From Fimbriosthenelais zetlandica (lineage: Eukaryota), in the NCBI GenBank assembly GCA_977030845.1, contig OZ365114.1, forward strand, positions 16,120,001 through 16,184,000: 64,000 nucleotides of DNA, in the 5' to 3' direction. The position numbers and the translations under genes are program-made. Below the pieces are notes generated by a model. That model saw only the letters and a list, made by a program, of their open reading frames with translations. It did not search any database and was not told where the DNA came from. Positions 40,713-52,700 of this stretch are shown here, one piece after another (within the stretch, counting starts at the first letter, position 1; each line of letters opens with the position of its first letter).

Positions 40713-43700
40713 GTGAGTAAATGCTGCAAGTGAGATGGACTGCCTTGCTTCCACCTTCCAACTTCTACTCTACATTATTTAACTGTTGTAAATGACCTCG
40801 AGAAATAAGATACGGAGGGGTAGCTTCGTTTACAAGACAGGGAGGATCCTATTACTTAGTGCTAAGTTGCTTCGATATCAGGAACCATATATTTTACTGA
40901 TTTATACTTTAAAAAACTCTCATGCAAGAATAGCATGAAATATCTACTGTATTGAATTATCGAAGGCTCTTCTATGGAAAATTCAAAATGAGATGTTGAT
41001 ATAATGATGATATGCATATTGATCTATAACATAAGCCTTGTTACATTCAATTGTGCCACTTGATAGTGACAAATCATGACCCTTTGAAATCAACACTTTC
41101 TGCAATTGACTTGCGAATAATTCACTTTTGGAGCTGTCCGAAATGTGCCATAAAGCATCCTCAGTATCTTGTCTGGACTTGAAAAGTACACGTCAAGTAT
41201 CATTGATCAGTTTTTATGAGGAGAAATAATCGATTAAACATTTTCTCCACAGCTTAAATGCTAATGGCTGATGCATCATCCCTTGTCAGACTCTCAGATA
41301 CAGAGGCAATTCTTGCATATAAAGCCTCATTCAAAATGCCACATTTAATTGAATCATCAATATTTCATTCAAATCCATCGGCCTGGGATGATGATTTGCA
41401 TGGAGTGGGATTTTTATTATTGTCAAGATATAAATTCATTGTGACTGGCAATCAATGATATTTGCTGGTTGATTGACGTGAGAACAGATCTGGCGATGGA
41501 AGCCCTGGGTGGGGAATTTTATTTTTAGGGGAACCTAAATGGCTTCTCATCTGTCAGAATTTTTTACTTGGGAGAAAATGGGTCAGAAGCAAGGGAGCTT
41601 CATGATTTAACATTTGACTAAATCTAATTTCCGTAGGGGATGACCATTTACCTAAATATCGACAATTGTCTGGGAGAACAGCGAAAACACTTGGAAATAA
41701 AACTATATGATGAGGTATAGAGTGAGAGTGAGACCATAAATATATTAATAAATGGGCTCATAATAACATGATCTATCCCAAAATGTTGAATAAGATTCAG
41801 AATGAAAATGGTTAAACCTTGAAACCCAGGCCCCATTTGAAGCCCTTAAAGCTCATTTCTTCGAGCATCCGGATGTGAATCTAGCCAGGACTTTATGGAC
41901 CTATAAAACCTTGATCTCTTCATCCAACCCACAGTGTTAGATAGATATCTTATTCTGTATCGAAGCTTAAAGGATTGAGGCTATGGCCATATTACATGCA
42001 TCACAAAGTCATAAATACAGGGTACGGAGCACCACATTTACTTCGACTGCCTCTATGTTTGTCGCTACTGTTACTGGAACAGCTGCTACTGTTTTATCTT
42101 ATCCACCAATTTGTTATTCCCAAATCAGGGTCATAATTCTTGGCATCCTCTAACAGAAGGCCCAGGTTAACTTCCAGACAACGATTAATGTTGTTAGACT
42201 GAAAGTACATAAATTTACCCTTTCAGACTAATGATGATAATCAAAATATAGTCATTCAAAGTCTCATTTAAGAAATGTCAGTCTTTTCAGGCCGTTAAAT
42301 ACCCTTGCCTCGTTCAATGACAATAGGTGATGTTATATTACATAGATAGATGACCCTGTAGCGAGGTAGAAGAAAATCGGTGTGACTAAATCAGTTGGGA
42401 GAGCATCAGTGTCTATCAGCTTGAAATGGTCCGAGGTCAGCCAGGATAACCAGTCTCACACACTTCATTCTATTCCCCATTCTCCAAGTTGGGAGTATAT
42501 GATATAAACAGGATACCAGCTCGATGGTTCAATCCCCTCATCCATCCACCCATCTAGGCCTCCCATACCTCTCCCTGTGACAGGCTCATAGCATGGCAAG
42601 GAAGAAGGTCTGAAAGAACACCAGCAGTTCTGGCAAGAGAAAAAACACTATTCTGACAGACCTCAGTAACGAACCAAAATTGATGGAGGTGGGATTTTCT
42701 AACTGGCTGATTCTCGATTTTACCCCTGCCCTATAAATCCCTCCTCCCAACATACTTTCACATCCCGGGTCTCCATGGCCATGCACGGTGCCCGCTTCGA
42801 GGGCCAAGGGAAGGATAATCAGCGATCGATCCATCACTTCCGGTCGTCGTGTAAGACATCTCGATCACTAGTTTCGGATCAGTGATCGGGCGGTCGCGCC
42901 TGCTCCACGCCCCGCTTTATGGGCTGCAGTTTCAAGTGTCCAGGGCTCATAAAAAAGATACAATATGTGCTGCTGGGGCAAGAAAAAGACGAAGGAGGAG
43001 ATGTGGATGAAGCTATGCCACAGGCATAACCATTTTGTTTTAACAAATGGATCACTCTTCCAAGGTCGACCTTATAACTCCGGCCTTTTATCCCTTGGTT
43101 TTTATGAGGATTCTCAAGAAATTCATAAAGTATCAAGTAAGATACTAAGTAAGAGATTAAAAGAATTCTAGAGCTTAACATGAAGCAATACAAGTTTACT
43201 CGCTGAAGAGTGAGTTATTTCACAGGGTTGAGAACCAACCTTTTAAGGTAAACATGATGATGTGTCGTTACCATAAGACTAACCTATACATAGCTAGATT
43301 ACACGATGGTGAGCTGCCTATAAAGCAAAAAGAATGGCTTAGATACTCTATCCCTCTTCTCTGCTTGCCATAGTCTGACCCGAATAGCATAAGAGGGAAT
43401 TTGATACTTCATAAAGCAGCTAGCAATTAGTCTTCCTAATACGGGCAGGGGCCGGGGAGGGGATCCTTGTTAGTTGCCTTGAGGTAATAAATGGACTTCT
43501 CCGTCTGGGAAACTATGCATCATTATAGCCCAAGACGTAGGGAATATTCATTTTTCTGTCCTTTATTTTCTTTTGTCCCATGTTTTTGTTTGTTTATAAT
43601 AATTTCTGATCTATACGTTATGATTCATGATGACCTCCTCGGGTATAATGGTGCTAGCCCTTAGCTGGATACACAGGGTTTATAATATTAATTATGAATG

Positions 43701-46700
43701 AATAGTGTCAGACGGGATCTGGAAATTTCATCGGGGTGATGGGGGCATTAAAGAAACTTGCACTAATTTTAGAGAAAAACACTGCTTATCTTTTTTGTTC
43801 TTGTCATGCTATTGTAAGGTACTGTATGCCCTATCTTGAATAGATTTGTTTACTTTTTCATCACCTCTGATCAAGTATCTCAGCTATCCAATACTGTCCT
43901 TCCATAAACTGGTTTTAGGCATCGAGATGCCAATGTAATATCGTGATAATGGGTGTTTATGAGGCAAAAAACGTCACCGCTGATACTCCATGTTACCATG
44001 TTTATTTCTTTTACACAGTAACCATGGCGACAGAACATTGCTGCTCAGAAGCTATTGGCAGACAGAAGGGTCACAATGCATTGTTAGTGATAGTCCTATG
44101 CTTCCAATACAATAGTACATTGACTTAACCAGAGCTATATCAACTTGCTGTTTCCACTGGAGAGGAAATACTCTTTTTGTGGCCCAGTAAAGATTTGTCA
44201 TTTTCATTAACCATCGTGAATGGTATTTCCCTGTGTTGCTCGAAAGAAATAAGAGTAACGAAACAGGATGCATAGTTTCTATTCAGAGTCGGACTATTCA
44301 GTATACGCTTCATATTGTCTGAAATTCAATAGGTGTAAGTCAAATTAATGATGTGGCATAATTTCAACGCTGCATGCTATCCATGATATTTCAGATCTTG
44401 CCATTGTTTTATAAAACAATTGTGCCATAAAACATGACTTAACAAGCAGCACGTTTGTTGTCTTCAAATGGAAAGAATCAGTTGATAATACTGAACCTAA
44501 AAAGGTCTTTGAAGTTGTAGGCTATCCCAATAAGGCTGCTTGGTAATTTCCAAATAGAAAGTTTGAGATATAACACTGAGCAGGAAGGGCTGGTGATAGC
44601 CTGCCTCTAAGCACCGAGTATTACCATTATTAGATTAAGTGAGGACTGGCAAGACCTGCACCCTGTTACCATGGAAAGATGCCTTGGCCGAGGAAAGAAA
44701 TGGGCAATAATACGATGGAATGGCAAGCTCAAAATGATTTGCATCATTACACTCCATTCACCAGCATCCGATAAAGGGGGTCAAGTTAAGTGAACCTGAG
44801 GTTGAGATTTTTGTTGTTGAACATCTATTACCAGTAGTGAAGGTCTCAAATAATTCTCTTTGATTCGTTATCACAGGTGACGGACACAATCGGAAACAGT
44901 CCTGTCTGGAACTTTCCACTTTGGAAAGTAATCTATCAGGCCTGCTCCAATAACTTATATTCAGCGAACAGATAGAATTAACATTTACTTGCTGAAATAG
45001 ATGTGGCTACGGGAACGCAGTGGCCTGCAGAGCATGCATACTGGACATTGATGAAAGAACTGGATAATTCTATAAGGGTGAATCGATTCTTTGGGCAGCA
45101 AAATGGGCATTATTACACAGTCATTTTCTGAGTTGCTGGATAAAATAAACTTTAATGCACGTGCAGGATCAACCGCTTACTAGTTAATATCCAAATATTA
45201 TAACATGTTTTCTGTTAGCCTATGAACACATAATTCTTCATGCAACTTGACATACAACGAGAAAAAATCCCTTCATGAAAATTTGATATTAAAATCTGAA
45301 TTCACATTTTTAGCCCATGAGAAAACTGCACCGGCACATCTTAATGTAATCCTAAATGTCGAGGTGTCATTCTAAGATGGATAAAATATTTTCCAGAGAG
45401 ATGCTCGGGAGGGTTTTTGCCTTTAGAGAATGCAAAATGAACTGGGTCTGTGCAGTCCCATTTCAAATCAGAGACAATATTAATGCGTAATAAAGATTCT
45501 CTCCACATATATCTCAATACAATCAGAATATCCCAGATGGGTTGCGGGGGACATTGCCTGCTTTCACATGAATAGATAACCTAAAAAGACATAGCAGCAT
45601 TTTGAATTAAAGGTGTCAGCGCTGGGAAGAAAATGGCTGGCTAAAAAGCCTTGGAGGGATGCTTGCACGGAGTGGAGGAATGAGTTATAGCCATATCATA
45701 CCTTCTCTGATTGAGTTCGCCTTTCCCACTCTCCCAACACAAACAGGCGGGTTACAAAAGGCAATGCTGACAAACGAGCCTTGAGTCAAGTAGCTATCTG
45801 CAAGGCCCGGGACAGGATAATGATACATAGAGCACAGTGCTTAGCTATCTATCTAGAAACATCGTGGCTAAGACAGGACCATCAGTCTATGCCCAAACAC
45901 CGGGAGACGGGTGTGTGGAAAACAATCCCAAAACCAACATCCGATACAGGGCTGCTTCATACATATTTTATAAACTCTTGATACAAGGATATATGATTCT
46001 TGAGGCTTCACTTCAACCTGGTCCCGAAAGTTTCTGGATAAATTCTGAGTTGGGATTTCTGAGAAATAGATCATTCAGGTATGGCAATGATCCCTGTGAA
46101 ATTCAAGCAATGGGAGGATATTTTGTCTGAAAGCTTTGTGTTGCCAATATCAACTGCCACAGGAGTCAGTTTAAAATAATAGGTCAACATCGGCAGAATT
46201 TCTATTGAAGAGTTTTCTGCATGTTTTCAATAAATATAATGACCTTGGAGAGGTATTGCAAATGGCAATGCATCAGTTTTCAAGATGAAATATTGGGGTC
46301 AGCGAAATTGTCTCAGCCGAATTGGAAAACCAATGACACTATATCAAAAACGGGAATTGGAGCGGACGTGCCCAAGTCTTCTGATACATAGTAATAAAAA
46401 TCAATTTTGAAGTAGGCGCAAAATAATCAAGTAGCAAGTAGCATTGAAAGTAAGATAGAAGCATAAATAGATCTGGAATCCACCAAAATGTACAAAGGGG
46501 CATAAGGCTACAGTTCGAGGTGCGCAATCTCGTGGAACATAGCCTTCCCTAAGTCAATTTAAGTATGTTGCTGATTGTTTGGAGATCATAGCAAAGCCCC
46601 AGGCCCGTCTAGTCCAGCATCTAATCGCAACAGGAGAAAGTTTGAGCTGCGAGTTCATATCGAGAGAAGCCAATCTGTCGTATAAGTAAAATCATAAACG

Positions 46701-49700
46701 TATCAATCACCGGTCGCGGGCTGGCTGGGAAAATCCATCAAAGTCGCCCACTTGATGGAGTCGGGGAAAACCTTTTCAGGCTTCACCTCCGGTGGGGCCC
46801 TCAGGTTTGGGTCGTAGAAAAGGGCCTTGAACTGATGCCCTCGGGCTGCCTTGGTCCAGCGTGAACCCGGTGGGAAATATTGCTCTTTGTAGCAGCAATG
46901 TATGGGCCTTTTTATTCAGTATGAGACCATGGTGATAATAGGAGAATTAATGGCGAATGGTCAATCCCACATCGTCCCGTTGTCATGGAAACTGAAGGAT
47001 GAAGGTGGCTCCAGGGGGTGAAATATTAAGGGTAATGAGGACTAAGTATGTTGATGCAGACCTGCATCGCTTGCCAAGAAGCGAAAACAGTTAAGCCTTG
47101 AGTTAGATTCATCTATTTTCCATTATAGTGACGGAAAATATTTTGGGAAGGAAAAGTCATTCCTCAAGAGGACAGAGGAAGACTTTTTATCACATCCCTG
47201 ATGGGGATTTGAATAAGTAAGTGACAGATATTTCCCATCTACCTGTTGAGTAATCTCACCAATGTGGCATAGGCGGATTAAGGGTTGTATTGGATGGAGA
47301 CCCCAATACACAGACCCCTTCCATCGCTTTGGGCAAAAACTGTCAACCATGTCATATGTTAAGCTATCCAGGTGAATTGCCCGGGGAGCAGTGGGATTAG
47401 GGGGGACGGTGGGGATATGGAAACCTCTAAGGCCTTCTATGGAAATTGGATCAAGAGATTCAGGCGGGAAAGGCTGGCTTGGACAATGGGGGAGTTATGG
47501 GTGGGGCAGTCATATTGACATAATCTGGATACCGATCAGTGGGATATCTACAGGCCTAGAGTTAAGCTTGCCTAGCTCATATCCAGTGTGGATCCGTGTT
47601 ATATATAGAATGGTATATAAGGAGATACGACCAAGATAAAGGAGTAAGACTCGACCTATTATAATAGATCTACATAGTACACATGGCAGAGGTCTCATGT
47701 GAGAAATGTAAAGATGACTCCCAATGAATTACCCAATTGTACCAACGTGAAACTCAGTAGCTAACAAAACTAGCAATAGCGGCTACTGTATCCAGAATTT
47801 GCAAATTGTGTTCAACCATTGGCAAGAGTACAATAAAGCCCCAGTGCCTGATTCAGAAGCATCACTCATGAAGAGGCATTCCATCAAAACATTCCATTTT
47901 CCATTCCAAAACAATGCAAATTGGACCTATGTACTACCTACCTGCATTTCACATTTCAACGCCGGCAAATAGGATTATAAATAATATTGCACAATATATA
48001 TATCATGACAAATTTGGATGAATTTGTGGGCGGCCATTGGGTGTAGGGAGGCATGTATCGTCTATATGCTAGGCGGCATAATGTATCTGTGAGGGTCCAG
48101 ATATATCTCCAGGCTAAGAGATCTCCATTTAACCTGTCGAGTTCAGGTGTCTGCAAGATTACTCTGGCTTCCCACCTGTCAGATGCTATGACTGGCAAAT
48201 CCTTGTTTAATACCTCAAGATTCAAGTACACCACAGTGTAATGTTCCCAAGTGGTGACAAGGTACAAGGTGGGGGAAAGACAAGAAATATGTTCTTATCA
48301 CTCCCGATTATGCACTTTTTGGATTTCCGTGCAAAGAATGTACCACATAAAACTCATGAAATGGCAGCATTGCCATTTCCATTTGAGATTACTTCGAACT
48401 GAGGTAGACACCGAATTGCTACAGAAATTTGCTGTTGTGAAATTATTATACGAATTTTATCAACTCTGTATACAAAAGAAGTGCATTTTAGCACTCCATA
48501 TAAGCAAAGTGTTTTGACATTCAAGGTTAGTGCATCAGGGGGCAGCTGGCACCTGTTAAGCCCCATTCAGCAGTCCTTGAATCTTCCCGCTTTTAGGCCG
48601 TAAAGTAGGGGGGAGCCAACACTTCATCTGTCACTGGTGACCCTTGACTGTACTCTACCTCGGATCACTGCTGTCACAGGTCCCTGTGTGTGACTTGTGG
48701 TGTGTAGTCAAAGGAAGTCTGCAGTGCCAGGCTTATGTCTGGGGTAGAGCTTGTTAAATATTGGTGTAGGATCGGTGGTCCTCCTGTGAGAGGATGAGAA
48801 GTCTGCTGGGTCAGTCACAAAAGATCACAGGATCTTGATTGATTGTGATTGCTAAGGGTAGAGTTGTCAGTGATGGATTTCCAAAGGCAGGGACAGATTC
48901 AATCTGTCTGATGACCCATGATTCAACACCATGGAAAGAGGGCCCTGATCTGTTAGGTAAAGGGAGATTATATGTAATCATACTGCAAGACTTATTCCCA
49001 CCATGTTCTGTCCATCTTTGCGATCATGAAGCCGAAATCTATTGAATATTATTGTCTGCATATATATAAGAGTAGGTCAAACAGGTGCATTTGAAATTGC
49101 AGGATGAGATATGTTAAGAAATAACAGATCTCTGCGTTTGTGATAGATCTGGGACAGCGCAAGCATTCATTTGCACCCATTAGACTGGTTCTATCTTTAT
49201 GTTCCACAAATTCTAAACCATTTTGTAAAAGACCATGAACCTTATGGGGAGAAGATTGGTCCCATGTTGTTGTGGTTCGTAAGATAGAATGTTCTTTTGT
49301 GGGCCGGCAGCAATCTAGGTGAGCACAAGAGGGTAATTGTAGTCTATAGACAAGGTGAAGCCTTCAATTTGATGGCTGGCTCTGTAGTTTATTACTGAGT
49401 AACTGGGTAAATGCTCCTAGCCCCCCATATCTTCATGATGATTCATAAATTATGCACAGCATGGATCGCAGCACAGCAATTCTCTGGTACCTAGACACTT
49501 GCAAGACAAGCTCGGATCCTGGTTTATTCGTCGGGAATCGATTTAAGCAGAGCATCGGAAGCTTGATTTTACATGAGGGATACGTGCAGAAAACAAGGCA
49601 TGCACAAGGAAGCTGACCCATCCAAAAGCAATCGATTTATCTTACTAGAAATCTGCCTATGAATTCCATACAGACCGAGGGAAACATATGTCACCAACAA

Positions 49701-52700
49701 GCATCGGTACTCGCCCACTAGATGGCATGAAATATGCAGGAAATGTATAAGAAAAACATCCATCACTTCTAAGTGGGGAATCGCATGGACAGGAAAGGGT
49801 CCCTCTGATTTAGACAGAAGATGGGTTATTTCCTAGTACCTTCTTGTACTGTAGCAGTGGTTCATATCTCAGATTAGTGAGGATACAGCTGGAGGCATGC
49901 AGTGACATTTTATTTGCCAGCATATGTTGGGCACACCGACAGGGGAGATGTATGTGCTTCTTTGCCCACCTGACTCTTAGATCATATAGGCATTCCTCTA
50001 TAGCTGCCTTCTCAATCCCCGGATTTAGCCTTGTAAGGTACCTCTAAAGGCTAGTAGACTAAATAAAGGAGACTATAGAGGGAGAGGAGAGGAGGGGATG
50101 GCAGCAGCACCTAATCCACCACACAAGAATAGCAGAATATCTCAGGCAGTTTATCTTCCCAAAGCCTTCTTCAATTTGTTATGTACTCACTCTTCAGGGC
50201 ACCCTTACATCAACGCTATTTTCATAGGGCCTGATGGGCAAAATGTCTGGAGAATCCCACCTGCTTCAGATCTCTCCCTTATGAATATTTCCTAGATGGA
50301 GAGAGAATAGCTGAAGCACTAATGGAGAAGATTTCTGTTTAGAAATACAGATGTGTTACCTCACACTAAGTGATCAGAAGGAAAAGGAGCTTCAAGCATT
50401 TTACATGCGATTTGACTTACAACACCTGTCATGAAAAATTGAAGGATTCCCAAATGCGTTTTGAACAAGGGAAAGGTGCTTTGAAGTTGTGCACAGCATG
50501 GGGGCTGTTTGAAAGTTATATGGTATAAAGGTTATACTGTTTTACCTTCAAAACGGTTGGAATTCTGCTTGGCGCTCCAATGTTTTGATAATCATGCACT
50601 CATGTGAAATAAGTTGTACTCTTAAGACCTATAAAAGCACACTTTTGGGACATTGTACTCTCTCATCTTCCTGATTTCACATCAGTAGTACTTTCCCCCA
50701 CAAGGGGAGAGAAGCACGTGAGGTTATCTTTACATAAATCTGAGGTTTCATCGCCTCAATCCCAGTCAGGTCAATAGTCAACAAGGGCTAGGTGGTGGCT
50801 TGTGGGAGTTGGGCTAGGTGGTGGCTTGTGGGAGTTGGGCTAGGTGGTGGCTTGTGGGAGTCGGGTTAGGTGGTGGGAGTTGGGCTAGGTGGTGGCTTGT
50901 GGGAGTCAGGCTAGGTGGTGGCTTGTGGGAGTCGGGCTAGGTGGTGGCTTGTGGGAGTCGGGCTATGTTGTGACTTTTGGGATTCAGGCTAGGTAGTGGG
51001 AGTTGGACTAGGTGGTGGCGTGTGTGAGTCGGGCTATGTGGTGGCTTGTGGGAGTCCGGCTAGGTGGTGGCTTCTGGGAGTCGGGTTAGGTGTTGGCTTC
51101 TGGGATTCGGGCTAGGTGGTGGGAGTTGGGCTAGGTGGTGGCTTGTGGGAGTCAGGCTAGGTGGTGGATTGTGGGAGTCGGGCTAGATGGTGGCTTCTGG
51201 GATTCAGGCTAGGTGGTGGCTTGTGGGAGTCGGGCTAGGTGGTGGCTTGTGGGAGTCGGGTTAGGTGGTGGCTTGTGGGAGTCGGGTTAGGTGGTGGGAG
51301 TTGGGCTAGGTGGTGGCTTGTGGGAGTCAGGCTAGGTGGTGGATTGTGGGAGTCGGGCTAGATGGTGGCTTCTGGGATTCAGGCTAGGTGGTGGCTTGTG
51401 GGAGTCGGGCTAGGTGGTGGCTTGTGGGAGTCGGGTTAGGTGGTGGCTTGTGGGAGTCGGGTTAGGTGGTGGCTTCTGGGATTCAGGCTAGGTGGTGGGA
51501 GTTGGGCTAGGTGGTGGCTTGTGGGAGTCAGGCTAGGTGGTTCGATCAGGGTTGAGCTTTATTAGCGTGGCTGCAAAGCACACACATTCATCCATAGCTT
51601 TGTAACAGAATTGTATTCAACAGTCAATAATTTATATTCAGCTCCAAATGCTGGAGGTGTAAAGCTAACAACACTATTATTAAAGTCTATCATAAATGTC
51701 ATATGGCACATTTAGTTAAGCAAGAATTGTATCATAGGTTTCTACAGGAAATAATGAAAAGGAATGATGGGAAATTTGTTATTTTCTGAAACAGTTCCCT
51801 TTTTTGAGGTAGAAAACCTGCAAACCTGAATCTGCCCCAGCCTAATTCCCAGCAGAGCAGCATGAAATCCATGAAGGGCCATAAATACCCAGTAAATTAC
51901 ATTAAAAGTTAATCTCAGTTTGTTTATGACATCCCAAAACATCACAACAAGTGTACAAGAGGTCGTAAATTAGGCGATTCCCTTAATCCAATTCTGAAGC
52001 AGTCATGTAAAAATTAACACTTTAAATATTTATCACAGCCTTGTTCGCTAAAATTACCCCACCGATGTAATTACGCCGAAAGTTCATTTGTGCCAAAGGG
52101 ACTGTGGCCATAAGCTTGTTTAGCACTGGCAGGTCATCATTCTGAAAATGTCAGTACAAGAGAGTTACTGTGGGAAGGTGTGAAGTTAAGGTGATGACAT
52201 GGACGAAATGAGAGGCATGCAAGGACAGGTCATTAGTCAAAAAACCTGACCTAGCAGTAATGCTGCTAAATCCTACCCACATTTATGCTATTATGTAATA
52301 GAGTTAAAACCTGGGATTTGTGTCTGTGCCATCAATGGTTCTATTGCCTGAGTTGCCTCTCTTCACTGAGTGAAAAGGCAAAAAGGGACTTCATGCATGG
52401 TAGGCCTACAGCCTCAGCCTACTCTCTCAGCAATGAATGTATCAAAACATTTTGACTTTGATGGGGTCTTTATACTTTGCGTGTTGCCAGTTAAATAAAT
52501 TCATTGACTGGCATGCTTTTGTGTACACGGTAAAAGTGTTTTACTGATTCACAATGTCATGTATATAGATGGAGCCATTCAGTCATGTGACTTTGTGCAC
52601 AGTCATGAGATGAAGTGGGCTTTATAGGCACAGTTACTGAACTCAAGGCACAGTACCAGGGTCGTGACTAAAAAGAGGATTCCCTATGAGAGGAAATGAA

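Noticed and set aside
42375-42540. tRNA A-box/B-box-like strings (tcagttgggagagca; ggttcaatccc)
   Set aside because: Spacing is too long and no cloverleaf can be built; at most a decayed SINE. No intact tRNA, rRNA or CRISPR array was seen in the window.
44877-44940. Acceptor-like ttatcacAG followed by an open phase-1 frame
   Set aside because: Inclusion would split the invariant LGVLG-FLSTG segment; no convincing matching donor and no similarity to neuroligins.
50785-51540. Coding, telomeric or Chi-site reading of the minisatellite (GGGTTAGG and GCTAGGTGG substrings)
   Set aside because: The unit length of 26 is not a multiple of 3 and TAG recurs on both strands; the telomere and Chi resemblance is partial and expected in G-rich repeats.
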